Shown here piece by piece: positions 36,835-49,667 of a stretch of DNA of 64,000 nucleotides. This DNA is from Camelus ferus (taxonomy: Eukaryota), in contig NC_045696.1 in NCBI RefSeq assembly GCF_009834535.1, positions 30,506,001 to 30,570,000 on the forward strand, written 5' to 3'. The first letter of the stretch is position 1. The number at the start of each line of letters is the position of its first letter. The notes beneath the pieces are model-generated. The model saw only the letters and a program-made list of their open reading frames with translations. It was not told the DNA's origin and searched no databases. The translations under genes were made by a program, and so were the position numbers.

Positions 36835-37043
36835 CTTCACACTTATTATGAAATACAATGACCTGCGTATTTTCAAAGCATATATGAAGATCAGGTTTGA
36901 CATATGTACACAATCCAAGAAACCACTGCCGCAAACAAGAATAGGAACAGGGCCACCACCCTGTAAAGTTTCCTTGTGCTTTTTGTAATCCAGCCCTCCT
37001 CTGCTGCCTCGCCAGGCAACTGCTGACCTGCTTTCTGTCACTT
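36835..37043 (-). mobile_element. Old L1 3'-end fragment (L1MC/MD-like) inside the MaLR internal region
   Basis: TTTGACATATGTACACA...AAACCAC...AAAGTTTCCTTGTGC...CCAGGCAACTGCTGACCTGCTTTCTGTCACT. Confidence 0.75.
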
Positions 37044-37577
37044 TTAAAACCAGTGAATGGATTAAAGTGTCTCAGAGCAAAGATCAAGTTAAGAATGTAG
37101 AGCCTACTTGAATTTATATCCTTTCAAATGTACAAAATGCCTCAGGGAAAAAAGAATAAGTATGTGACTTTCCCACTAAATCGTAAGAGTTTCAAGATAA
37201 CTGGAAAGAAACAGAGAAAAAGATACATGAGTTAGCAATCAAAGAAATATAGGAGTGTGAGATCTGTATCTCAAAATTAATACTGTGTATTGTTTCTGGC
37301 ATATTGAATATATCTGAATTAGAGAATGATAATACTTTTGGAGTTTTGAAAGCATTGTGCTCTCAAAAGAAGCAGTAACCTGGACAGTGAAGCCAAAAAT
37401 GACCCCTTGTGGCCCTAACCTTGGATGTCCAGAGAGCAGGCTGACTATTCTGCTGTCAAGGAGAGCTTGGTCTCCTCCAATGTCCAGAAGCAAATTCAAA
37501 GATTAACAAACGATCATTCCCACCCGCAGGATAATGAACCCTCCCACCATCTGTCCTGTTAAGTTTTTTTAAGTAAC

Positions 37578-37791
37578 TGTGGTATGCCTCCGTATTTTAT
37601 CCATGAATGTTTGACTGCCAGCCCCCTGGGGAAAAATAATCCTGATTTGCCCTATTTGATTTCCCTGGTAGAAGTATCCCCACCATCGCCAGTTTCAAAC
37701 CACCACTATGATGTTAACTGACTTACAGATTTCCTGAAAATTCAATAATTGGGACTTGCAAGGCAGTATATTGTGACACTAGCACATCATT
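37578..37791. mobile_element. MER63-type hAT-Blackjack MITE
   Basis: CCTGATTTG...TCCCCACCATCGCCAGTTTCAAACCACCA...TTCCTGAAAATTCAATAATTG...TAGCACATCATTG. Confidence 0.7.
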
Positions 37792-38174
37792 GGCTGTGTC
37801 TTCTCCTCCTCTTGATGAAGGGGACTGCATACGGTGGCTATATTGTCCTTGTTCGACCGTTGTGTTTGGAATGTATGGAAGCATCGCTTGTCCTTTCCAT
37901 TCATGGTCACAGGATCAGAGCTACCCCTAGATTGGGTAGCAAGACTACCGCACAGAACATATAGATCATGGACTTCGATGCCACAACTAGCTATAACTTC
38001 TAGGATTATTCCTTTGTGAGGAGGCAAGATTATGTAACATGGAGGAAAAGAGTGAGTTAAGTCTTGCGAGAACTGCAGACCACGCAGTGGTAGCTATTAA
38101 TATTGCTTGCTGAATATTTCTGGCATCCATCATTTCAGGAACATAGTAGGAATGCAGGTCCTTGCCACATGCTT

Positions 38175-38638
38175 ATTTTACCTCTCCAACTTCTGTTACT
38201 GTCCCCCTTGTCTCCTCACCCTCACCTGTCACACTGGCCTCCTTGTTCTTACTCATTGAATTGACTGAGTACAAAGTTCCTGCTTGAAACAAGGTTTTCC
38301 CAGTTATCCACCTAAATACCAGTCTCCATCAAATCTTTAATCAAATATGATCTCAGCGTGCACTCCCCTAACCATGCTATGTCCATGGTTTCTCTTACTT
38401 AGTTTTACTTATGTCCTGCATCCTACTTATCAGCTTACAGTGTATTATATCACTTACTTTCTTATGATAGTCTTTGCTTATTTTTGCCTTGCTCCTAATG
38501 GGAATGTAAGTTCTACAAAGGAAAGACCTTTGATTCTTTATATTGTTTTTTTTTTTTTTCTGTAATGTACCCCAAGCCTGAATTGTCTTTTACACGTAGT
38601 AGGGGCTTAATAAATATTTGCTGAATCCATAAATGAAT
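38175..38638 (+). mobile_element. L2a 3' end
   Basis: CACACTGGCCTCCTTG...GAATGTAAGTTC...GTAGGGGCTTAATAAATATTTGCTGAAT...AATGAAT. Confidence 0.8.
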
Positions 38639-39751
38639 TTCATGTGTGATTTAAAAACTGGGTCAAATATAGTCTTCTGTCACCAAATCCTGGGTTATGT
38701 TCCATTGTAGGGACCTGAAGATGAGGTACTTTGGGCCCTCAACAGTGGAGGTAGTTAGATCAGGCTTGGTGAGGTAAAGTCTCTTTTGATCAGTTACTGA
38801 ATAGCCTCCTTTGTGTTGTCATGGTCATTTTGTTTATTTGTCTCAAAAATCTCAGCAAGCATTGAGGCTTTAGGGGAAGTTGGATGACTGACATCCTTAG
38901 ATAAATCATTTTATTCTCAGAAATATTACAAATCTGCTCCACACAGCAGGCATTTTATTTCAAAAAGGACAAAATCATTCTTTTGTTTCGCCATGCAAAC
39001 TGCTAAATTGCTGCAGGTCTCTTCTGCAGACATGAACTAGGTTGAAAATGCATTATACGTACCAGTGATATCACTGCAGGTTTCTCTTTCAATACTTCTT
39101 TCCCCTTTCACTTGAATGACCCTGAGGCTGTGAAACGACTCAGATCTGGAATTTGGGTAAAATCATTTCCAAAGCCTTGGTGATTCAAACCTGCCATCTT
39201 TAATCACCGGACTCTAGAGTATTCTTTTGGCTATAGAAATTAAAGTAGGAACTTAAACCGGATATCCATATATTTTTGTCTTTGGGGCACTCTGGTCAAT
39301 TTCCTCATATTAAGCCTCCTTATAGGTTAGACTATTTAATCATTATTTTAACCTTGCTGTCCAATATCTTAACTCTGTCAGATAAATGTTCTGTTATGTC
39401 TCTGCCACTATGGGATCAAGCCATTTCAATTGAACTATCTTCCATTTCTAATGCCACATCTACTCATGTCCTTACCCTAGAAGAAACTACCACAACAACA
39501 TGTTTAATTTTTTAAGCCTCAGTAGAAAGATAACTTTTTCAGTCTCTAAAGTGAACAGTAGTGAAATAGTTATGCTATATATTATAATCTATTCCAGTAA
39601 TCGTTTATTGGTATTTGCCACCACATTCTAAGGATTCCATGAAAATTCAGCCTGTTTCATCTCCTCACATTGAGCCAACCAAATAAACACTTAGAACTAC
39701 CTGCTTAGGTAAACACATTAAATCTAGACTGTCTGGTAAATGCATCTGTAT

Positions 39752-39939
39752 CATGGTTCCTTAATCTGGGCACATTTGCCATTGGGGGCTAGAAATGCTT
39801 TATTGTACAATAAACCCTTGTTTATTGTAAGATATTGGCCTCTTCCCATCAGATGCCAAACAAACAAACAAACAAAATGCCTGGAGACTTTGCTAAATGT
39901 CTTCTTAAGGGAAAAATCACCTCAGAATAAGAATTATTA
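39752..39939. mobile_element. MER20 hAT-Charlie MITE
   Basis: TGGTTCCTTAATCTGGGCAC...TGGCCTCTTCCCATCAGATGCCA...AGACTTTGCTAAATGTC...AAATCACCTC. Confidence 0.75.
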
Positions 39940-40349
39940 GATGAAACCAATACATTCAACCAATAACTATTTTTTTACCCTGTGGTAAAGCATGGTCAGA
40001 ATACATATCTACATATATTCTCCGTTAAAGTGCTAATATAAGTTAGTCATGTCTTGCAATTTTTTTGGTGGTCTATAGCTCCTCTGGCTTTATCGGCCCC
40101 CTGATGCATGCTGGGATATGACTCTAGCTGTAATCTGAGGGAAAACCAAAGTGGGGCTTGAGGTTTGGCTTTCTCTTGATATACAACTTCCTGAGGTAAG
40201 CCCTCCCCAAGCCATTAATCAAGGTAACAGATGTCTTATTATCTATGGCAGGTAAGGAAGTTTTGGTTAGCAAGGGAAGTATAAATATTTATTTACTTTT
40301 TTATGTTATAATTTATCCAGTGACTTTTTAATATTAATGAATATATATG

Positions 40350-41592
40350 TATTTTTTAACCTGTGGTAAAATACATATAATATAAAGTTTGCCATGTTAA
40401 ACATTTTTAAGCGTACAATTCAGTAGTATTAAATACATTCAAAATGTTGTGTAACCATCACCACCATTCATCTCCATAACTTTTTTCACGTTGCAAAACC
40501 TCAGACTGTAAAACTGAAACCATAGAACAGTAACTCCTCGTTTCTACCTCACTCCAGACCCGAGCAACCACTATTCTACTTTCTGTCTCCATGTTTTTGA
40601 CCACTCTAAATACTTCAAATAGGTAGAATCAAACAGTATCTTTTTGTGACCGGCTTATTTCACTTAGCGTGTCCTCAGGGTTCACCCGTGTAATAAACAG
40701 CATATGTCAGAATTTCCTTTTTTTTGTTAAGACTGAACAATATTCCATTGTATGTATATATCACATTTTGCTTATCCATTCATCCATTGATGAACACTTG
40801 GTTACCATCCCACTGTAGCTATTGTGAATAACTCTGCTATGAACATGAGTGTACAAATATCTCTTCTAGACTTTGCTTTCAATTCTTTTGGTTATATACC
40901 CAGAATTGGAAATGTTGGGTCATTTGCTAATTCCATTAAAAAAAATTTTTTTGAGGAGCTGCCATACTGTTTTCCACAGTAGTTGTATCATTTTGCATTT
41001 CCACCAACAGTGCACAAGGGTTCCAATTTCTCTACATCCTCACCAACACTTGTTATTTCCTGTTCATTTGTTTGTTTGACAGTAGCCATCCTAATAGGAA
41101 TGAAATGGCACTCACTATAGTTTTAATTTGCATTTCCCTAATGAATAATGATGTTGAGCATCTCTTGACATGCTTATGGGTCATTTGTATTTCTTCTTTG
41201 GAGAAATATCTATTCAAGTCCTTTGTTCATTTTTGAATTAGGTTTTTGTTGTAGTTGAGTTTTAGGGCTTCTTGATACAGGTTTTATAGTAATTCCTTAT
41301 CAGATATATGATTTTTAAATATTTTCTACCACTTTGTTAATTACCTTTTTTACTCTATTGACATCATCTTATTATCCCTTGAAGGCAACAAAAGAAAAAT
41401 AGACAAGTTGGACTTCATGAAAATTAAAATAATGTAAGGGAGAGGGGATAGCTCAGTGGTAGAGTGCCTGCCTAGCATGCACAAGGTCCTGGGTTCAATC
41501 CTCAGTACTGCCATTAAAGATAAATAAATAAAAACCTAATTACCTCTCCCCAACCCCTGCCAAAAAAAAAAAAAGTTTAAAATGATGCATAT
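40350..41592 (-). mobile_element. L1MB-type L1 3' portion with a short inverted 5' segment, interrupted by a SINE
   Basis: GTGGTAAAATACATATAA...CCATCACCACCATTCATCTCCA 3' UTR; antisense ORF2 to ~41382; sense ORF2 piece GGCAACAAAAGAAAAATAGACAAGTTGGACTTCATGAAAATTAAAA from 41383. Confidence 0.85.
41438..41574 (+). mobile_element. tRNA-Ala-derived SINE of the camelid Vic-1 type
   Basis: A box TAGCTCAGTGG (41449-41459), B box GGTTCAATCC (41492-41501), tail AAATAAATAAAAACCTAATTACCTCTCCCC, poly-A; candidate TSD TTAAAATAATGTA / TTAAAATGATGCA (41424-41436, 41577-41589). Confidence 0.88.
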
Positions 41593-41599
41593 CTTTTGA

Positions 41600-43500
41600 A
41601 GGATGTATATTAACATAATCACAGATAAAAAGGAACTTACATCTGTCATTTTGTTATTTGTTTGTATATGGCTTATATTTGTCCCTCATTTCCTATGCTA
41701 CTGTCTTTTTTGTGTTTAGTTGATTTTTTTATATTGAAATGTTTAAATTATTTTCTCATTTCTGTTTGTATATATTCTGTAGCTATTTTCTTTCTGGTTA
41801 TCATGGGATAGATTTAACTTCCTAAAGTTGTAACACTCTAAATTATAGCAGCTTAACTTCAGTAACATATAAAAGTCTACTCCTTTAACAGCTCTGTCCC
41901 TACTCCTACTGGTTATTGATGTCACAAAATTACATCTTTCTACATTGTGTGCCCCAAAACATAAACTAATAATTATTTTAAATTCATTAGACTCTTTAAT
42001 TATATAGAAAACAAAATGTGGAATTATCAAACAAAATGATAGTAATACTAGCTTCTGTATAAATAGTTTTTTAAAAATATATTAGTCTCTTAAATCACAT
42101 AGAAAAAATAGTGGAGTTACAAACTGTTGTTACAATAATATTAACTTGTATAATTGCCCATCTATTTACCAATATTGAAATATTTACTTTTTCATAATTC
42201 TTCAGATTACTAACTAGTAACCTTTCATTTCATGCTGCAGTGCTTCCTTGGGCAATTTTTGCCGAGCAGGTCCAGTAGTAATAAACTCCCTCAGTTTTTG
42301 TTTATCTGGAAATATCTTAATTTTTCCCTCATTTTTGAAGGGTAGTTTTGCTGGATATAGGATTTGTGATTAACGGTTTATTTATTTATTTCCTTTTAAC
42401 ACTTGGATTGTATCAGCCGACTGTATTCTGGCCTTCAAAGTTACTAATGAGAAATCTTCTGGTGATCTTACTGAGGAGCTTTTTGTATGTAGTGTGATAA
42501 ATTGCTCCTTCAATATTCTCTATTTCTTTTTGGATTTCAAAAGTTTGATTATAATGTATCTCAGTGTGAGTCTTTTTAAGTTCATCTTACTTGAAGTTTG
42601 TTGAACTCATAGTTTTCAGCCACAATTTTTTCTGATATTTTCTCTGCCTCTTTCTTTCTTCCATCTAATAAGCACATGCTTATTTTCTTGCCGGTGTCCT
42701 ACAGATGTTTTATTCTCTGTTCATTTTCTATAATCTTTTTTCTTTCTATTCCTCAGCTCAATAATTTCCATTGTACTATCTTCAAGTTTGTGAATTCCTT
42801 TCTTTCTTTTTTTTTTGCTGCCCAACTGAGTCTTTGAATTCCTTTAATGAATTTTTTGTTTCATTTATTGTAATTTTCAGCTCCAGAATTTCTTTTTGTT
42901 TTCTTTTTTAGGTTTACTATTTCCTTATTGATACTTTCATTTTATTCACACACTGTTTTCTTGACTTTCTCTTCATTTTCCTTTAGTTCTTTCAGCTTCT
43001 TTAAGATAGTTACTTTAAAGTTTTGTCTAGGAGATACGTTAAGTCTTCTTCAGAGGCAGTTTCTGTCTAATTTTTTTTTTCTTTTGAATGCAATATGTTT
43101 CCTATTTCTTTGTATGCCTTGTGATTTTTGTTGACGTTGTTGTTAAAAACTGGACATTTAAATCAAATAATGTGATAACTCTGGAAATTAGAATGCTCTG
43201 CTCCTTTCCCAGGTTTTACTGTTTTCCCCCTCCCTGGCTATTTCTCTAATTTCTAGTTGTTAAAATACTTATGTTATTCTGATTAACCTGTGATTTCTCT
43301 ACACTAAAGTCCTACTCACAAATCTTGACTACGATACTCTGATTTGTTTTTGATTTTTTTGTCTGATTTGTAATGTTTTTTGGTTTGAGCTAAGTTTTTT
43401 CTTAAATTATTGTATATTAATTGCTATATTTTTGAGAGACAAAATGAGAAGTGAGAGCCTCTCACAGTCTTGACTCTGCCATATTGAATAGAAGTCAGCA
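41600..43500 (-). mobile_element. Old L1 (ORF1 and 5' region; possibly two elements)
   Basis: AAACTCCCTCAGTTTTTGTTTATCTGGAAA...GTTTTGCTGGATATAG; 5'-terminus-like CTCTGCCATATTGAATAGAAGTC. Confidence 0.75.
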
Positions 43501-43896
43501 TTAGTAATGCTCCAATTATAATATGTATTATATTTAAAATTTTCTGAGATGCCAAAGTGGAGAATTTGAGTTTTATCCTAGAAATAAATTGATATAAATT
43601 TGAACAACAATTCGAAGTATTAGTCTCCCAATTCTAGTGGTTCAATAAACTTGTCATATTTTCTCTTTGAATTTTTTTTTCTCAAAGGACCTAAAAAGGA
43701 CAATGTAGATTAACAGAAAGCAGTCTGTAACTACAATGTATTTTTAAAGATATTTTTCTTTATTCAATAAATGTTTATGGAGCACCTAGCAAATATCAAG
43801 CACTGTATCAATTTCTGAGAATATGTTGATAAATAATACAGAACTATTTTTCCACTTCAGTGAGTTTATATTCTAATTTGGAACTCAGAAACATTT

Positions 43897-43926
43897 ACAC
43901 ACACAAACACACACACACACACACAT
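43897..43926. repeat. (CA)n microsatellite
   Basis: Direct reading. Confidence 0.85.
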
Positions 43927-44288
43927 ATAGATACAGTATTACATAAAAGTAAAATGTAATGATTGATAGATACTGGTAGGTAGTACTGGCTATGTACATA
44001 GAAAAGAAAGTTAATTTAAAAAGTTGAAGGGATGGAAGAGAATTTTAAATAGAATGATGAAGGAAAACTTTTGAGATGTAAATTTGGAGAGAATCTGAAT
44101 GAGAGAAGAAAAAAGTCATTTGAAAACCTATAAGAAGACTATTCCAAGTAGAAAGAAGCAGATATGTAGATTCCCTGACATGGAAACAAACCTGACACAT
44201 TGAAAGAAAATTAAGGTCACTAGTATAAATGCATGAAATAAACAGGAGGGGTATATTAAGATAGGCGCTTAAAGATGTAGCCAAGAGC

Positions 44289-44798
44289 CGTGGGCGGGTC
44301 AAAATAATGGCCCCACAAAACTGTCCACATCCCAATTCCTAGAATCTATGAATATGTTATGTTACATGGCAAAGGAGAACTAAAATTACAGATGAAATTG
44401 TGATTACTTGTCAGCTAACTCTGAGGTGAGATAATTATGCTGGATTAGCTGGGTTGGCACACTGTAATCACAAAGGTCGTTGTTAGTGAAAGAGTGAGAC
44501 AGGAGCATCAGTGTCAGAGTAAAACAAATAAGAAGTACTCAGATAGCCATTGCTGACTTAAAAATAGAAGGAGGCTACAAGCCAAGGAGTGTGGGACGCT
44601 GAGAGAATGTGGTAAAAACAAAAATATGAATTCTCCCTTAGAGCGTCCAGAAGGAACACAGTGCTCCTGACACCTTGATTTTAGCCCAGTGTGACCCATT
44701 TAGGACTTCTAATCTTCAGGACTATAAGGTGGTAAATTTGTATTGTTTTAAGCCACTAAGTTTGTAGCATTTGGATACAGCAGTAATAGGAAAGTATG
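44289..44798 (+). mobile_element. MLT1D solo LTR
   Basis: AATAATGGCCCC...GAATATGTTATGTTACATGGCAAAGG...CCAGAAGGAACACAG...TGTTTTAAGCCACTAAGTTTGT...ACAGCAGTAATAGGAAA. Confidence 0.88.
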
Positions 44799-47299
44799 AG
44801 ATCATATCATTTAGAGCCTGATAGTACTTTGATTTTTGTTCTAACTTTGTGGAAACCACTAGAACACATTAAGTAGGAAAATAATGAGTATGCTTTGCTG
44901 ATCTATAATATTCTAGATGATTAATGGAGAATAGCCTACATGGAGTTTTAGTGTAAGCAAGGGGACCAGTCAGGAAGTCATTGCATAAATAAAAGGGGAC
45001 GAGGGCTTCAGATGAAAGGAGATGAGGGTGGGCAGGGATTATTCCTGTACCTGGTGATGCATAGTTACATCCACGTTATATTCTAAGCGTGGAGCCACAG
45101 GCATTATGGACCTAAGCTGTGCTTCACAGGTGGCTACACAAACACACCTATAACTGGTAACTGAGAGTTGAGAAAAGGATTTGAGAATTAGTGAATACAA
45201 GCTTATGAGAGCCAGGAATCTTGAAGTGAATGCTTTAGTAGACTATAGATGAAAAAGAAAAGTGGCAAAAAGATAAGTCTTGAAATATTTTAATATTCAA
45301 AGTTTGAGACAAGGAGGAAGATCCAGAAAATTAAAAACATAAAAAATGACCAGTTAAGTAAAAGGAAATCAGTAGAATATGGGTACTGAAAGCCAAGTGA
45401 AAAAGAATTTAAGGAAAGCAGGAGTGAGCAGTTGTTTCAAATACCACTGAAAAGCAAGTCGGATGGTAAAATAAAAATCTAGAATTGATCATTGTCACTT
45501 AGGGATATTTTGTAACTGTGGTGTATACAGACTAAACAGACCAATGGGGATAAATTCTTCTTTGGCTGGATTTAAGAGAGGAGGAAAAATGAAGTAAAGC
45601 TGGTGAGTTGTTAATCTATTTGCTACTTGCTTACATATCAAATTCCCTGATAATTTCATCAAAATATTTTGGGGAAATAAAAGAAATATATCATCTAAAG
45701 ATAGAGTATTTTGGTAGAGGGGGAAAAAATTTACTGGAGGACTCACATTCTGAACTCCTATCCAGTATTTGATGACAACTTGAGAAGTAAAGGGAAGTCA
45801 CTTAAAACTTTTGAGCACAGAGAAAATTGGACTATAGTCTTAAACACCACTTCTAACTCTTAATAATTACTATCCAGTTTTCCACTTCCCTATAATTAAA
45901 AACACCTTTTATCTGCCATCTAACAAAAGAAAAAAATTATGACTCAGTTTTATACTCAGTTCAATTTAGTTATCTGAATTAACTTTAGTAGCATCCGTAA
46001 AGTTTAGCCAACATACAAATGGTGTTCTCTGTTTATCTGAACAATTTTAAGCAACCATTTATTTAACAGATGTTTCAGATAGAAATAGAGGTACTACATA
46101 GTTTAATTAGAACTTGATTAATTTGAATTATACTTATTTTAGTTTTAAATGACAACGTGTAGTAATACATATAAAGGTAGATTTTAAGATTTGTGTTTGT
46201 ATATTTATTTGGCTCAAATATTTATATTCTAGAATATAGAAAACATCTAATTTTAGAACTTCAAAATATCCTAAAATAGATGATAGCAGTAGCATGCAGT
46301 ATAGTTTGCTCATTTATTCAGTCTATTTGCATTTCAAGAGTGTATGAATTAAATATGTTTGTATTTGTCTGTTTTACCTTTTAAAAATTGTAACATTTAA
46401 AATGCACAGAGAGAAAAAGCATGGAGTATATGCATGCAAAACATAATAAAACTATTCAACATATTTCCTGTTCTGTCTGACAGAATTATAGCTTGCTTAC
46501 AGGAAGAACTGTGGCTTAGAAAAAATTAAAATGACAATGTTGATCATAATATTTCTTTCCATTGCTAGGATGTTCTCAGAAAATATACCTGTAGAAATCA
46601 TAATATTCTAAATAAATTTCTACCCTTCTTTCTAGCTTCCCCCTACTAAAAAAAGTGCTTTTGAAACTTCATTCATTGTAATTTCTTGTTAAAGCTATAC
46701 AAGTAGAAATAAAAATTGAGAGTTATGTTTACCAGTGTTTGGCATCAACATGGCTGCTGCATCATACTACATTAGTATTGCTTTACTATCAGAGAGAGTA
46801 ATAATAGATGTTTCAATGTTATATTAAATATTCACCCAAAATATAGGTAGTAAAAAACCCATAATTTGGAGCTAATCAACTTTAAAATCTGGACCTTTTA
46901 GTATATAGCCACATAAAGATAACAATAGAAAGTTCAAATTATTAAACAGTTCTGATATCGTATGCACGGAACTTAAAATCAATCTTAAGAATCATGGCAT
47001 TAATATAACAATCCTATAAAATATACATAAAGAACAATCCCAATGTTGCAAAGTTAGTAATAGAGAAAGTAATGTTAGAAAAAACGTTGCTTTAACCATT
47101 GGTACCTCTAGTATTTTTTATCTGAGAATCGAAAGGTTAAAAAACATTATGAAAATGTTTTCTACAGGTCCTGACATATATTAAATAAATGATGATTACT
47201 ATTAATTCATTGAGATTATTTCAACATTTCCTGAGAAACAAATCACATCAAGAAGTTCTGGGTAATATCTGAAATATTAAATATCAAATTTTCAGAGTT

Positions 47300-47695
47300 A
47301 CATTAACAAAATGGTCAATTAGGAAACTCCAAGCCCTCATCATCTACAGAAATATTAAAAACAAAACAAAACAAATAAACAAAAACTACTAGACACTAGC
47401 TAAAGTAACTTTATACAAACTCTGGAAAACACTCAAAAGTCTACAACAACCAAGTGAACATCCACTCAAAAAAGCCACATTCAAAATGGTAGGAAAATTT
47501 ATCATTTTTACTCACCCTTGGCCCACCCCCTGCTCTTCAAGGTGCAGTCTTGTTCTAGAGGAGGCATGAACTCAGTTCAAAATACACTCTTTTGAATGGG
47601 ATGGGCCAGAAAATACCTTTTTGTAATATTCTAATTTGTCTGGGGCTGCCTAAAGGATTGGCCTTTGTTCTGTCTAACCTGGAGCTCAGACAAGC
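47300..47695 (+). mobile_element. Old L1 5' UTR fragment (L1M3/M4-like)
   Basis: AAAATGG...AGGAAACTCCAAG; AACTCTGGAAAACACTCAAAAG; AAAGCCACATTCAAAATGGTAGGAAA. Confidence 0.6.
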
Positions 47696-47699
47696 CTAT

Positions 47700-48830
47700 T
47701 GGGGAAAATGGAATAACTTGGATATTCATCAATTCCATGCAGATTGTAAACAAAACTTGTAAATTTGTAGGGAAAGAAGTCTTTGGGGATTTTTACTTGA
47801 GTGAATTAAATCTGTAGATCGAGTTGAGGACAAAGATCACTTAACAATATTACATGTTTTAGTATTATGTTTCTCTCTGGTTATTTTTAAAAGTTCCTTT
47901 AGCAATACTTATAGTTTTCAATATATATCTTACATGCACTTTGTTAAATGTGTTACTAAATATATTGGTTTCTTAGAGTTGCTGCAACAAATTACTGCAA
48001 ATGTGATATCTTAAAATAAGAAAGTTTTCTTTCACAGCTCTGGAGGCCAGAACTCTAAAATCTGTTTGTCTGCAGATCTGCAGTCTCTCTGCAGACTCTA
48101 GGAGAGATTCTATTTCTTGCCTCTTTTATCTTCTGCTGACTGTCAGCATTTTTTGGCTTTTGGCAATGTCACTACAATCTCTGCTTCCATGTTCACATTG
48201 CCTTTTCCTCAGTTCTTCTCTTAGAACACTTACCAGTGGGTTTAGGTAGGTTTAGGTATCATCTGAATAGTCCAGGATAATCTCATTTTGAGATCCCTAA
48301 TTCACTTGTACCTGCAAACACTCTTGACAAATAGGGTAACATTCACAGGTTCTAGAGATTAGAACATAGGCATATCTTTTGAGGGCCATAATTTAACCCA
48401 CATGCTGAGTATTTTATGTTGTTTAATAATATATGAATTTGTTATTTTTAATTATATCATACTATCTGATAGTTTAATATTGAAATACAATAAATGCCAC
48501 TGATTTTTGTATATTGACCTTTTATTACAAGACTGATGAATTTACTAATTAGTTCTACTTATGCATCCTGAGATTTGTCAGGGCAATGTATGTAAATAGT
48601 TATATCTTTGTCAATAAAGGTAATTTTACTTCTAGCTTTTGAATCTTTATGCATTTTTGTCATTACACTGTATACATACTCCAGAAAAATTTTGAGTAAG
48701 AGTGGTAAAAGTTAGCATATTGTTTCCAGTTATAATGGGAAGTGTTCACTAGTTCACCACTAGGTATGTTGTTACTTGTAGTTTATGTAAATGTCCTTGT
48801 TACATTGAGAAATTTCCATTCTATAAGAAA
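47700..48830 (-). mobile_element. Old L1 ORF2 fragment, interrupted by MLT1C
   Basis: CTGATTTTTGTATATTGACCTT; AGAGTGGTAAAAG; TCACCACTAGGTATG. Confidence 0.65.
47961..48402 (-). mobile_element. MLT1C-type solo LTR
   Basis: TTGCTGCAACAAATTAC...CACAGCTCTGGAGGCCAGAA...GTAACATTCACAGGTTCTAGAGATTAG...ATATCTTTTGAGGGCCA. Confidence 0.85.
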
Positions 48831-49357
48831 AGTCATCAAAATGAGGTAATAATTAATAACTCTAAATAATAAAATATGTTTTAAATGCTGGTGTTTGTTT
48901 TCCTTGTATGCTTATGGTAGATATGCAAATATATACAAATTTTGTGTCAAATACTTTGACAAAAATTTTTATATAAATTGATCCAATAATTTCAAAAAAG
49001 TAGAGAAAGATAATGCAGAGAAAATACTTCTGTGGAATAGTTAAAAGCCAAATTAAAGTGTTTTAAGAATAGGTAAGAGATGATATAATGAAGGGATCAT
49101 ATTAAATACATCCCTTTGAGATTTATAAAAGAAAGATAATAATGTATTCTCAGTGTTTCAGTCTATTCATCAGAACTTCATGATATTGCCAATGTCTTGA
49201 ATACTCTGTACCTTCAAATTTTCACCTGGTGAAATTCTACCTTCAATTCAATATCACTTCTCAAATCTAAATAAATAATTTATATTTGCATATAGCCTTC
49301 AAACATTTTCTTCCACATTGCAGTTTTGTGAAAACTGGTTCTGCCACTGCAGGAGTC

Positions 49358-49612
49358 TGTAGAGCAAAGTGGCTAAAAGTATGCCTTCTGCAGCTTTACT
49401 GCCTGAATTAAAATCTAGTCCCACTGGGACTAAAAAGCTGTGTAATCTTAGCCAAGTTATTGGAACTCTCTGGGCTTCATTTTCTCTTCTGGAAAATGTG
49501 GTTTAAAAAACAAAAGTACCAGTGCCATAGTGGGTATGAGGACTAAATTAGTTAATCTGTTAACCTTTCAACCAAGTTTACTCAGTAAGTGTTCTTACCA
49601 TTATTGTTATTG
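49358..49612 (+). mobile_element. Near full-length MIR SINE
   Basis: AGCTGTGTAATCTTAGCCAAGTTA...CTCTCTGGGCTTCATTTTCTCTTCTGGAAAATG core. Confidence 0.8.
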
Positions 49613-49667
49613 TTTTTAATATTTAGTATTAATACTACTGTTATTGTTTTAGTATTTAGTATTAATA
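49606..49667. repeat. ~33-bp AT-rich tandem duplication
   Basis: TGTTATTGTTTT(T)ARTATTTAGTATTAATA occurs twice. Confidence 0.75.

Larger units (their letters stand above)
36360..38170 (+). mobile_element. Decayed MLT1J-like MaLR provirus (partial 5' LTR, internal region, partial 3' LTR)
   Basis: LTR end ATTTGGGGTGTTATTTGCTACACTGCATAGCC...GACTGA followed by internal leader CCTAGAAGTG; second LTR start GTGGTAGC...ATATTTCTGG at ~38087. Confidence 0.6.
43758..45740 (-). mobile_element. L2 LINE, interrupted by a (CA)n tract and an MLT1D LTR
   Basis: TTATTCAATAAATGTTTATGGAGCACCTA tail; GGAGGAAGATCCAG, GAAAGCCAAGTGAA, TCAAATACCACTGA motifs. Confidence 0.75.

Noticed and set aside
38660..39520. Possible ERV or MaLR internal remnant
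   Set aside because: Composition is suggestive but I could not match a specific family or protein motif
40079..40195. Plus-strand exon candidate (TAG acceptor, GAG|GTAAGC donor, 117 nt)
   Set aside because: Stops in all frames, mediocre pyrimidine tract and no partner exon
41444..41513. tRNA-Ala(AGC)-like sequence as a real tRNA gene
   Set aside because: Stem mismatches, SINE-specific tail, poly-A and flanking TSD identify it as a SINE head
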